Positions 47,072-55,981 of a stretch of DNA of 64,000 nucleotides are shown in pieces. The stretch lies in NCBI GenBank assembly GCA_963763575.1, contig CAVXPD010000011.1:25479-89478 (forward strand). The letters are read 5' to 3'. Under the pieces are notes generated by a model that searched no databases, was not told the origin of the DNA, and saw only the letters and a program-made list of their open reading frames with translations. Position 1 is the stretch's first letter; every line of letters begins with the position of its first letter. The stretch is from an uncultured Acidimicrobiaceae bacterium. GTDB lineage: Bacteria; Actinomycetota; Acidimicrobiia; Acidimicrobiales; RAAP-2. Both the position numbers and the translations under genes were made by a program.

Positions 47072-47398
47072 TCATTCCGGTTGCAGACGCGCTTCACTCA
47101 CTCGGCCGCCCTCCACGGTGAGCATGGCTGTGGGGCCGTCAAGGTCGCCGCGGAGCCGTACCTCGTAGTGCCCGTGCCGCAGACCGGAGAAGAGTGCCGC
47201 GTGGACGACGCGGTCGGCGACGTGCCGTGCCCGGACGGCAACATGTGTCCCGTCCCAGGCTTCACCGCAGCGGCGGATCTCGATTTCAGAACCGAGGAGC
47301 GATGCCGGGGTGCTGACGATGGCGGCACCGACGTCATCGCCGATGTCGAGAAGGACGCTGCCCTTTTCGCTCGGCTCCCCGAGATGCACGGAGTCCAT
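47072..47398 (-). CDS. Small conserved hypothetical protein (about 108 aa) downstream of DUF4331
   Basis: ...GSVLLDIGDDVGAAIVSTPASLLGSEIEIRR......HVAVRAR...VHAALFSGLRHGHYEV. No signal peptide. Starts 4 nt after the DUF4331 stop. Confidence 0.55.
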   Translation of the reverse strand: MDSVHLGEPSEKGSVLLDIGDDVGAAIVSTPASLLGSEIEIRRCGEAWDGTHVAVRARHVADRVVHAALFSGLRHGHYEVRLRGDLDGPTAMLTVEGGRVSEARLQPE

Positions 47399-47402
47399 GG
47401 CG

Positions 47403-48896
47403 TTACGGCGCAACGGAGATAGGCGTTACGGACGGGTTCGAATAGCCGCTGTAGGGCGTGCCCAGGTACGGGAAACCGCTCAGGTAATGCTCGGTGCCCT
47501 TTGCCGAGAGGTCGGTTCCTCCGGTCGTCAGCCCGAAGTCGACGATGCCTGCCGCGGCGTCGGCGGTGAAGGACGGCACGACGAAGCCCAATGTCGCCCC
47601 AGCCACCGCCCGGAGCGCGATCGTGGCCACGTCATCGAAGACTCGGCGACCATTGGGGAATCCGGCTACGTCGAGCCCGAGCAACCCCAAGTTGCTCGGG
47701 CTCGACGTGGGAGGGATCGCCGTGTTCACTCGTAGCATGTCCGCCTTGATACCGGTCCCGTTGTAATTGGTGAACGTCGGAGCGGGCGTGATCACCCCCT
47801 TCGGGATCCCCGTGAGGAATATCGCCTCAATGTCCGGTCGTGTGTTCTGCGCACCACTGTTGTAGGCCGCCAACTTCGGGAATACGCCCGGATACAGTCC
47901 CGGCAACAATTGCGCCAGCAGAGGCTTGGCGAAGTACTCCAGGAATCGCCCGCCATCGGCGCTCGGTGGCACCATGTTCCACCGGTTCTTGTCGCCGATA
48001 CCAATGAGGAGCTCGTTCGTCAGGGGATTTCCGAGGCGCGACACCTGGGTCCACGGGCCACTCTCGAAGTCGTCCCCTTCGTCCTCTCCGTTTCCCCGCA
48101 CGCTGACACGCTGGCGGCTCGCGGTGGTCCAGACACCGATGACGGCAGCAGGGTCGTCGGGGCCCGCGGGCGTCGACCTCGTGAGTTGGCCGACCGGGAT
48201 CTGCAGCGCCAGCGTGTGGACGTTGACATCGGCCGTCGAATTGACGCCGGGCATGCCGTTCATCAGCCCGGGGCCGCCGCCGCCGGCGTGGTCACCGGCG
48301 AATCCGCGCAGATCAGCGAGGTCGAACACGGCACCAAGGTCGACGTAGAAACCCTCGGCCCGCTGCCCTGCGAACACCCGAGCCGAGAACGGTCCCGCCG
48401 CGACGGAGTGGACCGCCGCACTCGCCAGCGACGGGTAATTCGGGGTCGAGAGCGGACCGATGTTACAAGGGGGGCTCAGGAGTCCGGAGCCCAGCACAGT
48501 CTCCCTTCCGTTCCCCCATCGATTCGATGACATGTCGACGCGAGTCACGGTATAGGTCTGCTGGCGGTTCCAGTTCGACGTCGGCGACGGTGGCGTTAAC
48601 GCCTTGATCGGGCCGTCGTTGTACAGGAACGATCCAGGAATGTTGTTGACGGTCGTGAACCGGAATTGATAGCTGATATCGGGAACACCGTCACCCGTGT
48701 TGTCGATATTGATGGCGTAGAGCACCTTGTGGCCGAATTCGTAGAAGTTCGGACCCCCGTCGGGCGCTTCGAGCGGTATGTAATTCGCGATGAGCGTGAC
48801 CGTTCCGGGCTCGTCGGGGCTCATAAAGGCATACAGATCGGTGCTGTCGGCGACGGGGTCCTTCGAGATCTCGGGCGCTTCGCGGTGTGACGACAC
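47403..48896 (-). CDS. DUF4331-domain protein (no N-terminal signal peptide)
   Basis: Begins directly at the family hallmark (M)SSHREAPEISKDPVADSTDLYAF. GTG start with GAGGAGGAA upstream. Confidence 0.85.
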   Translation of the reverse strand: MSSHREAPEISKDPVADSTDLYAFMSPDEPGTVTLIANYIPLEAPDGGPNFYEFGHKVLYAINIDNTGDGVPDISYQFRFTTVNNIPGSFLYNDGPIKALTPPSPTSNWNRQQTYTVTRVDMSSNRWGNGRETVLGSGLLSPPCNIGPLSTPNYPSLASAAVHSVAAGPFSARVFAGQRAEGFYVDLGAVFDLADLRGFAGDHAGGGGPGLMNGMPGVNSTADVNVHTLALQIPVGQLTRSTPAGPDDPAAVIGVWTTASRQRVSVRGNGEDEGDDFESGPWTQVSRLGNPLTNELLIGIGDKNRWNMVPPSADGGRFLEYFAKPLLAQLLPGLYPGVFPKLAAYNSGAQNTRPDIEAIFLTGIPKGVITPAPTFTNYNGTGIKADMLRVNTAIPPTSSPSNLGLLGLDVAGFPNGRRVFDDVATIALRAVAGATLGFVVPSFTADAAAGIVDFGLTTGGTDLSAKGTEHYLSGFPYLGTPYSGYSNPSVTPISVAP

Positions 48897-48937
48897 GGTG
48901 TTCCTCCTCGACGGGTGGTTCCCGATGGGGCGTTCGG

Positions 48938-49285
48938 CTATGGGCGGGCGGCTGACATCAAGCTGCGGGCGAGAGAAGGGGAGTGGACGACGACCTCTCG
49001 CTCTCCTTGGAACAGGCCGATCTCGCCGGTACTGAGATCCTTTACGTGCGCGAGAAGTGGTTCGGTGAGGGCACCGCTGTCATCGGCAGCGTCGCTCATC
49101 CCGGTGTCGACAGCTGGTGCGTCTGCGCTGGTGGTCGAAACGAGCGTCGAGATTCCCGGAACACTGCTGGCAGCGGCAACCGCGGCAGCGGCGAAGGTGC
49201 CGCGGCGCAAGAAGTTTCGACGGCTCAGGCCAGCTCGCCATCCCCCAGGTTGCGACGCGTTCTCGTCACCCCGATCAGCGCTCAT
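48938..49285 (-). CDS. Small Tat-signal protein (115 aa)
   Basis: Twin-arginine motif SRRNFLRRGTFAAAAVAAA followed by only about 70 further residues. Ends 41 nt before the DUF4331 start. The track ORF extends to 49543. Confidence 0.6.
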   Translation of the reverse strand: MSADRGDENASQPGGWRAGLSRRNFLRRGTFAAAAVAAASSVPGISTLVSTTSADAPAVDTGMSDAADDSGALTEPLLAHVKDLSTGEIGLFQGEREVVVHSPSLARSLMSAARP

Positions 49286-49476
49286 CGCTGCCCTCCGCTT
49301 GTTTGGCCGCTCGGTATCCGGAGCCGTCCCGGTGGTTGGATGACGCTGCGACCGCAATTCGAAGAGATTTGCGTGGACCGATTGGTCGTATCGGGGAAAT
49401 GTTCGTACCGGTTGCTCGATCTGCCGGCTCTCGCGGCCGATGGGCCGCACTCGATACAGCCCAGATGGGGGCGGCC

Positions 49477-50349
49477 TCAGCCGGCGAGGAGTCGGACGCC
49501 CCCGATGCCGAGGTTGATCGTCATGCCCTCGTTGGCCAAGCACACCCTGTCTTGAGCCGCCGGCCAGATCTGGCGCGCGTCGTCGAGGACTTTTTCCAGT
49601 TCGTCGTCGTCGTGGTAGGGGTCGTGGTGGAACAACACGAGGTTCCGGACCCCCGACTTGCCAGCGAACTCCATCACGTCAGCGATCCCGGAGTGTCCCC
49701 ATCCGACATGGGCACCGTACTCGTGGTCGCGGTATTGGGCGTCATGGAGCAGGACGTCCGCGTCATGTGCGATGTCGTAGCCGCTCACCCACTCGGGCGG
49801 GACCGACCGCAGGTCGGTGCCGAGCGAGGGCTCGTGGTCCGGCAGGTACACCAACGAGCGCCCGTCCTCCTCGATGCGGTAGCCGACAGTCGGACCTTGA
49901 TGCTGGACCAGGCACGAGCGAATCGTCGCCGACCCGATCGTGACCGCGTTGTTCGGGGCGTCGTGGAACGTCAGTCGGGAGGGGACCTCGTCCAGGTGGA
50001 CCGGGAACAGCGGCGGCGACAGATACATGGCGATGCGCTCGGCGAGTGGCTGTACAGGCGAGGGAGGGCCCCAGATGTGGATCTCGAGGCCGGGACTGAA
50101 GAGCGGGCGGAAGAATCCCAGACCCTGCAGATGATCGAGGTGGAGGTGACTCAGCAGGATGTGCAGTTCGGGGAACGGCGCCGATTGCAGGACGACGCCG
50201 AGCGGGCGGATTCCGGTGCCTGCGTCGAGCACGAGCACCTGTCCGCTCGCCAATCGCACCTCGACGCACGACGTGTTCCCGCCGTATTTGACGGTCTTCG
50301 GTCCGGGTGCTGCGACCGAGCCGCGGCATCCCCACACCCGTACCTCCAT
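49477..50349 (-). CDS. MBL-fold metallo-hydrolase
   Basis: ...GGNTSCVEV...LVLDAGTG...HILLSHLHLDHLQGL... (HxHxDH). Confidence 0.85.
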   Translation of the reverse strand: MEVRVWGCRGSVAAPGPKTVKYGGNTSCVEVRLASGQVLVLDAGTGIRPLGVVLQSAPFPELHILLSHLHLDHLQGLGFFRPLFSPGLEIHIWGPPSPVQPLAERIAMYLSPPLFPVHLDEVPSRLTFHDAPNNAVTIGSATIRSCLVQHQGPTVGYRIEEDGRSLVYLPDHEPSLGTDLRSVPPEWVSGYDIAHDADVLLHDAQYRDHEYGAHVGWGHSGIADVMEFAGKSGVRNLVLFHHDPYHDDDELEKVLDDARQIWPAAQDRVCLANEGMTINLGIGGVRLLAG

Positions 50350-50777
50350 CAGATGACGTCTTCCTGGTCTCCGACCTGCCAGAAGACCGACACCACACCG
50401 TGCATCTCGCCGTTCGTGCCGAACAGCGGATACGCCGTCGCATGCACCAGCCTCTCCACGCCGTCGTAGCCAGTGGCATAAAGGGTCCTATGAGCAGGAC
50501 GACGCTCCATGAAGGAGATGCCCGACGGAGACTCGCGCCGGAGAAGGATCTGGCCGTCTGGGGTCCTCATGCGCAGGACGGCCCCGAACTCCTCGGCGAG
50601 CGTCTCGCCCACTTCGCTGAACGGCCTTCCGATCAGCTGGGCCGCGGCATCGTTGTAGAACACGAGGAACCCGCGGGCGTCGATGAGATGCATCGGGGTG
50701 GCCAGGTTCGAGGCCAACTCACGCGCCAGAATGAGTGTGAGCGGTTTGACGCCTGCCCTCGCCGCCTCGGAATCCAC
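50349..50777 (-). CDS. Stand-alone PAS-domain protein
   Basis: ...MHLIDARGFLVFYNDAAAQLIGRPFSEV...GVERLVHATAYPLFGTNGEMHGVVSVFW. Stop and start overlap with the MBL gene. Confidence 0.65.
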   Translation of the reverse strand: MDSEAARAGVKPLTLILARELASNLATPMHLIDARGFLVFYNDAAAQLIGRPFSEVGETLAEEFGAVLRMRTPDGQILLRRESPSGISFMERRPAHRTLYATGYDGVERLVHATAYPLFGTNGEMHGVVSVFWQVGDQEDVI

Positions 50778-50986
50778 AACGGAGATAGTTACCGCCCGCC
50801 GTCATCGATGCAATCGGGATGGCGGCGGTGTCTGACGCCGCCAGCGAGCACCCTGATAGGAGCTCTTTCAGACCCGACCGCTCTGCGGAATCGTTACCGG
50901 GACTGGACAGGCGAGGGCCTTCTGCGTCGCTCTTCTCAGACCTCGAACCGGCATCTCGTTGATCTTCGGAAAATTCCCTTGTCGTT

Positions 50987-51586
50987 TCACTCCGCCTCAA
51001 GCGAATCGATCCAGCGGGTGAGACGTCGGCTCTCACGGAGCATGAGACCGGGATCACCCAGCGTGTTGGCTAACAGCGCGGTGCCCTGGTACGTGGCGAT
51101 CAGCGTGACCGCAAGATCGTAGGCATCCCTACGACCCATCGACCGAAATTGCGTCTCGGCCCAGGCGATCGGGACGCGAATGAGCTCCGCCGCCACATGG
51201 TCACTACCCGCTTCGCGCTTGTCGAGTTCGGAGCAGAGGGATCCCTGAGGGCAGCCGTACTCAGCGATCAAGTCACGCTGTTCCGCCAACTTCCTCACGA
51301 GTGACTTCAGTCGGCTCTTGGGGGTGTGGTGACCGTTTTCAAGCGTTGACAGCGTCGCCCGAATCTCGTCCAGGTGAGACTGAACGACCGCCTCGACGAT
51401 CTCGTCCTTGGTCTTGAAGTAGTAGTACACGTTGCCAGGAGGCACATCAGCCAAGTGGGCGATGTCCGCGAGACTTGTTCGTTCGACGCCCTGCTCGTAC
51501 AGCAGCTGACAGGCGGCGGCAATGAGCCGGTCGCGCTTGCCGGGCGACAGATCGCCTATCTGCGGGGTAACGACTGAGTCAGTCAT
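50987..51586 (-). CDS. TetR/AcrR-family transcriptional regulator
   Basis: HTH ...RDRLIAAACQLLYEQGVERTSLADIAHLADVPPGNVYYYFKTKDEIV... Confidence 0.9.
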   Translation of the reverse strand: MTDSVVTPQIGDLSPGKRDRLIAAACQLLYEQGVERTSLADIAHLADVPPGNVYYYFKTKDEIVEAVVQSHLDEIRATLSTLENGHHTPKSRLKSLVRKLAEQRDLIAEYGCPQGSLCSELDKREAGSDHVAAELIRVPIAWAETQFRSMGRRDAYDLAVTLIATYQGTALLANTLGDPGLMLRESRRLTRWIDSLEAE

Positions 51587-51630
51587 CTCACTTCCAGTCT
51601 AGACACGCCTTGGTCCGGATGTTATAAGTG

Positions 51631-51646
51631 AGTTAGTCAACTAACT
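51631..51646. promoter_or_regulatory. Palindromic operator candidate AGTTAGT-CA-ACTAACT between the divergent TetR and MFS genes
   Basis: Read directly: perfect 7-bp arms, 11 nt upstream of the MFS ATG (51657). Confidence 0.5.
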
Positions 51647-51656
51647 TGGAGCGCCG

Positions 51657-53183
51657 ATGTCCACGACTTCTCCCGGCGCGTCGGTTCTCTCGACGCGGCG
51701 CGGCAAGCTCACGCTGTTCTTCGTCTGCGCCGTCGCTTTCCTCGATTTCGTCGACGCATCGATCGTCAACGTCGCCTTGCCCTCGGTCAGGCGCGATCTG
51801 GATTTCTCGGTGCAGAACCTGCAGTGGGTCCTGAGCGGCTATCTACTGACCTACGGCGGTTTCTTGCTTCTGGGCGGTCGTTCGGCTGATCTCCTCGGCC
51901 GCCGCCGAGTCGTCGTCGCCGGGATCACCACGTTTGCGTTGTCGTCGCTGTTGGGCGGGCTGGCTCCCACTGCGGGCGTGTTGGTCGGCGCCCGCCTGGC
52001 ACAGGGCGTTGGTGCCGCAATGATGTTGCCGGCCGCGCTCTCGATCCTCACGACGACCTTCAGTGAGGGAACGGACCGACTCAAGGCGCTTGGGGCGTGG
52101 GGCGCCGTCGCCGGCATCGCCTCGGCGGTAGGGGTCTTCCTCGGCGGGGTCCTCTCGCAGGGCCTCGGTTGGAGATGGGTGTTCTTCGTCAACCTTCCGC
52201 TTTGCGTCGTCCTGCTCTTCTCATCCTTTCGACTTGTATCGAGAGAAAGACGAACCTCATCACTGCGGCACTTTGACGTCTTCGGTGCTGCGACTGTCAC
52301 CGGAGGAATGCTCCTCCTGATCTATACCCTTGTCCGCGTTCCCGAAGTCGGTTGGGGCAATTGGCGCACGATCGGCGGGCTCACCGGAGCGTCACTTCTC
52401 CTCGTGCTCTTCTTGATCAACGAGCAGAGGCATGACAGACCGCTCCTCCCGCTGTCCATCTTCCGAATCAAGGGGCTCGGCGCTGCCGACGCCACACAGG
52501 CCGTGGCCATTGCTGGCTTCTATTCCATGTTCTTCTTCGTCACCCTGTACATGCAGGACATCCTGCACTTCTCGCCTCTTCGGGCTGGATCGGCCTACGT
52601 CCCCGTCACCATCGGTGTTGCCGTATCAGCCGGGATCTCTTCCAAGCTGTTCGAGCGCCTCGGCACACGACCGATCATCGTGGTTGGTGCGCTACTTGCC
52701 GCAGGAGGCGTCTATTGGCTGTCTCGCATCCCCGTCAACGGTTCGTACGTAGCCGACCTGCTTCCCGGGCTGATGATCATGTCGATGGGTCTGGGTGCTG
52801 TCTTCACCGGTGTGACCACCGCTGCGAACGCCGGCGTTCCGCCCGACAAGGCCGGTCTCGCCGCAGGGCTGGTCAACACCTCGCAATGGTTCGGCGCTGC
52901 GCTCGGGCTGGCGATCTTCTCTGAGATTGCGACCAATCGGACAAATCAACTCTTGGCTGCCCATGTGCCGCAGGCGGTCGCTCTCACCCAGGGGTTTCAT
53001 CGCGCTCTTCTTGCCAGCAGTCTCTTCTTGGCCGCCGCCGCGGTCATTGCGCTGTGGGCCACCAACACCCGCGGTGAGCCGGTACAGCGAATCGACGATC
53101 CGGAGCTGGCCGGCCTTGGCCACGAGCTCGAGCCCGTTCCGGAGGGAACAAGCTTGGGTCTCTCGTCCAGCGAGAGGTGTTGA
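51657..53183 (+). CDS. MFS transporter, DHA2 (14-TMS drug:H+ antiporter) type
   Basis: ...FFVCAVAFLDFVDASIVNVALPSV...LLGGRSADLLGRRRV... and about 14 hydrophobic segments. Confidence 0.85.
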   Translation: MSTTSPGASVLSTRRGKLTLFFVCAVAFLDFVDASIVNVALPSVRRDLDFSVQNLQWVLSGYLLTYGGFLLLGGRSADLLGRRRVVVAGITTFALSSLLGGLAPTAGVLVGARLAQGVGAAMMLPAALSILTTTFSEGTDRLKALGAWGAVAGIASAVGVFLGGVLSQGLGWRWVFFVNLPLCVVLLFSSFRLVSRERRTSSLRHFDVFGAATVTGGMLLLIYTLVRVPEVGWGNWRTIGGLTGASLLLVLFLINEQRHDRPLLPLSIFRIKGLGAADATQAVAIAGFYSMFFFVTLYMQDILHFSPLRAGSAYVPVTIGVAVSAGISSKLFERLGTRPIIVVGALLAAGGVYWLSRIPVNGSYVADLLPGLMIMSMGLGAVFTGVTTAANAGVPPDKAGLAAGLVNTSQWFGAALGLAIFSEIATNRTNQLLAAHVPQAVALTQGFHRALLASSLFLAAAAVIALWATNTRGEPVQRIDDPELAGLGHELEPVPEGTSLGLSSSERC

Positions 53184-53242
53184 CGTCGACGATTGGTAGG
53201 AGCTGTGCGACGAGCTGGATTGGGAGGTCGCACCCACCCAAG

Positions 53243-53315
53243 CACCCCCAACCGGATTCGAACCGGTGCTGCCGCCGTGAAAGGGCGGTGTCCTAGGCCG
53301 CTAGACGATGGGGGC
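53243..53315 (-). tRNA. tRNA-Glu (anticodon UUC)
   Basis: The reverse complement reads GCCCCCATCGTCTAGCGGCCTAGGACACCGCCCTTTCACGGCGGCAGCACCGGTTCGAATCCGGTTGGGGGTG. It has a cloverleaf, a T-loop GGTTCGAATCC and an anticodon loop CTTTCAC. CCA is not encoded. Confidence 0.9.
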
Positions 53316-53347
53316 GGGACCGTGTCGTGTCCACGGAATAAACGAGC

Positions 53348-54316
53348 CTAATGGGCCGCGACCGGCACGCCCGCTGCGGGGGCGTCGGGGACCGGCGGGG
53401 CTGGCAGCGCCTCGGGGGCGTGGTAGGTGCAGGCGAGGAACGTCTGCATCGCGCCGATCACCAGCGAAGTGGCGCCGACGAGGTGGACCTCGACGAGCAG
53501 CGCCGGCAGATGCGTGAAGTACTGCGTGTAGCCGACCGCCGCCTGGGCCACCATCACCGCCATGAGGATGCGGGCCGAGCGCCGGACCCGCTCGGGCACG
53601 TCACCCATGTGCAGCGCGACGACCAGGCCGATGGTTAGCCCGATGAGCAACAGCGCGAGGCTCGAGTGCAGCTCCGCCATGTCGCGCAGCGCGATCGGGA
53701 TCCGCTTGGCCACTTGCTGGCCCGAGCTGTCCCCCGCGTGCGGCCCGGCGCCCGACGTGGCGGTGCCGGCTGCGATCACGACGGCGAGCAACGCCAGCAG
53801 GCCGTAATAGAGACGGATGACCGGCCGGGGCACCAGGAGGCGGGCGGAGCCGGGCGTGTAGTCGCGCCTGGACCGGTGGACGAGGACGATTGCGTCGACC
53901 AGCAGGAGCAGGGTGGCGTAGAAGTGCACCATCACGACATAAGGGTTGAGCTTGGTGTAGACGACGATCCCACCGAGCACCGCCTGGGCCACGACGCCGG
54001 CCACCAGCCCGCCGCTCAGCCAGATCAGGTCGCGTCGGCGTGGCGAGCGGAAGATCGAGCCCAAGAAGGCGGCCGCCACTGCAATGGTGAGGACGACCGT
54101 GACCAGGCGGTTGCCGAATTCGACCAGGCCGTGGAACTGCAGGGCCGGGGTGAGATGGCCCGCGGTGCACTCCGGCCAATTGCTGCAGCCCAACCCCGAA
54201 CCGGTGAGACGCACCGCTCCGCCCGTCACGACGATGAGGGCGGTCAGGACCAGGGCGACCACGTCGAGCCGGCGGCTGAGCGAGGGTGAGACGGTGGGGA
54301 GGCGCCGCTGCGACAC
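53348..54316 (-). CDS. ctaA: Heme A synthase (COX15/CtaA family)
   Basis: ...VVTGGAVRLTGSGLGCSNWPEC...FHGLVEFGNRLV... plus multiple TM helices with conserved His. Start uncertain (GTG 54316; maximal ORF reaches 54436). Confidence 0.85.
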   Translation of the reverse strand: MSQRRLPTVSPSLSRRLDVVALVLTALIVVTGGAVRLTGSGLGCSNWPECTAGHLTPALQFHGLVEFGNRLVTVVLTIAVAAAFLGSIFRSPRRRDLIWLSGGLVAGVVAQAVLGGIVVYTKLNPYVVMVHFYATLLLLVDAIVLVHRSRRDYTPGSARLLVPRPVIRLYYGLLALLAVVIAAGTATSGAGPHAGDSSGQQVAKRIPIALRDMAELHSSLALLLIGLTIGLVVALHMGDVPERVRRSARILMAVMVAQAAVGYTQYFTHLPALLVEVHLVGATSLVIGAMQTFLACTYHAPEALPAPPVPDAPAAGVPVAAH

Positions 54317-54382
54317 GCCGGCCAAGCGTATCGGCGCCCCTGGCCTGGTCCCGGTCCACCCTGCGTCGTAGGCTGACCCGGC

Positions 54383-55324
54383 ATGTCCATTCAGGCGCCC
54401 GCCCTCCGCGACCGGCGAGTGCGGTGGTCGTGGCACACGATCGGGGCCTACGTCGCTCTGACCAAGCCCCGGATCATCGAGTTGTTGCTGGTCACGACGC
54501 TGCCCACGATGGTGGTGGCGCAGCGCGGGCTGCCCCCTGTTTGGCTCATGGCCGCGACGCTGGCCGGAGGTGCGCTGGCGGCGGGCGGCGCGAACGCCAT
54601 CAACATGTACGTCGACCGCGACATCGACCGGTTGATGAAGCGGACCAAGAACCGGCCCCTGGTCACCGGCGCTGTGAAGCCGGCCGCGGCACTGGTCTTC
54701 GCCGTCTCGCTCGAGGTGGCGGCGTTCGTGGAGCTGTGGCTGGCCGTGAACCTACTGTCGGCCGTGCTGGCGATCTCGGCGACCCTCTTCTACGTCTTCG
54801 TGTACACGCTCTGGCTCAAGCGGCGCTCCTCCCAGAACATTGTCATCGGCGGCGCCGCCGGTGCCGTGCCGGTCCTGGTCGGGTGGGCGGCCGTCACCAA
54901 TTCGCTCGCCTGGGCGCCGGTCGTGATGTTCGCCATCATCTTCATCTGGACGCCGCCGCACTTCTGGTCCCTGGCCGTGCGCTACAAGGAGGACTACGAG
55001 GCGGCCGACGTGCCGATGCTGCCGGTGGTCGCCTCTATGAAGCGGACGACGACGGAGATCCTGTACTACACGGTGCTGTTGGTGGCCGTCTCGTTCCTGC
55101 TCGGCCCGGTGGCCCACCTGGGCTGGATCTACATGATCACGGCCGCGTTGCTGGGCGCCGGGTTCCTGTACCTGGTGACCAGGCTGTGGGGGCTGGCGCA
55201 GACCGCACAGGTGACTGGGCGCGACGCCATGCGGGTCTTCGGGTACTCCATCACGTATCTCACCGTGCTGTTCGTGGCGATGGCGGGCGACGTCCTGATC
55301 TCGAACCACGTACACATCCACTGA
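54383..55324 (+). CDS. ctaB: Protoheme IX farnesyltransferase (heme O synthase)
   Basis: ...YVALTKPRIIELLLVTT...GGANAINMYVDRDIDRLMKRTKNRPLVTG... Confidence 0.95.
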   Translation: MSIQAPALRDRRVRWSWHTIGAYVALTKPRIIELLLVTTLPTMVVAQRGLPPVWLMAATLAGGALAAGGANAINMYVDRDIDRLMKRTKNRPLVTGAVKPAAALVFAVSLEVAAFVELWLAVNLLSAVLAISATLFYVFVYTLWLKRRSSQNIVIGGAAGAVPVLVGWAAVTNSLAWAPVVMFAIIFIWTPPHFWSLAVRYKEDYEAADVPMLPVVASMKRTTTEILYYTVLLVAVSFLLGPVAHLGWIYMITAALLGAGFLYLVTRLWGLAQTAQVTGRDAMRVFGYSITYLTVLFVAMAGDVLISNHVHIH

Positions 55325-55336
55325 CGGCCGCCCGCG

Positions 55337-55981
55337 ATGACTGACGCAACACCTGCCGAAGAACCGGCACCGTCGAGCGGCGCGGGCGAGAGCGACGGTG
55401 TGAGCCCGCGCAAGCCGCGGAAGATCTTCCTCCTCATCGGAGTCGTGCTGGCCATCGTGCTCGGCATCTTCTTGTTCACCAGTCTGGGAACCAGCCAGGG
55501 CTCGACGGGCGCCCCGCACGAGGGTGGGTCGGTGCCGTCGTTCACCCGTCAGAACGTCGGGCCGGTCGGGGGGGCGCAGGTGCGCGTGCCCGCGGACGGC
55601 GGTGGCCGCGGCACGCCGGTGGTCCTGCTGTTCTTCGGGAACTGGTGCCCGAGCTGCCACCAGGAATTGCCTCCCCTGGCCGCGGCGGTGCGCACCCAGG
55701 ACAAGGAGGGCGGGCGACTCTCACACATCCGGGTCATCGGCGTGGACAGCGAGGATTCGGTCTCGAGCGCGCAGTCGTTCATTCACGGCGCGGGCGTCAG
55801 CTTCCCCGTGGCGTACGACCCCGACGTCACCGTGACGAGCGGGCTGTTCTACTTCGAGGGTGATCCGTACGCCGTGTTCGTCAACGGGGACGGGACGATC
55901 GCCAAGATCGTGCGCGGCGCCGTGCTCACGCCGTCGTCGTTCACGGCGGACGAGCGAGCGCTCATTCCCAGCGGAACGTGA
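55337..55981 (+). CDS. TlpA/ResA-family thiol-disulfide oxidoreductase (second copy)
   Basis: TM anchor plus ...PVVLLFFGNWCPSCHQELP... (CxxC). Confidence 0.85.
   Translation: MTDATPAEEPAPSSGAGESDGVSPRKPRKIFLLIGVVLAIVLGIFLFTSLGTSQGSTGAPHEGGSVPSFTRQNVGPVGGAQVRVPADGGGRGTPVVLLFFGNWCPSCHQELPPLAAAVRTQDKEGGRLSHIRVIGVDSEDSVSSAQSFIHGAGVSFPVAYDPDVTVTSGLFYFEGDPYAVFVNGDGTIAKIVRGAVLTPSSFTADERALIPSGT

Noticed and set aside
53184-53347. tRNA-Glu as the attachment site of an intact integrative element
   Set aside because: No integrase, excisionase or recognisable att duplication was seen next to it. The observation is kept only as a weak island hypothesis.
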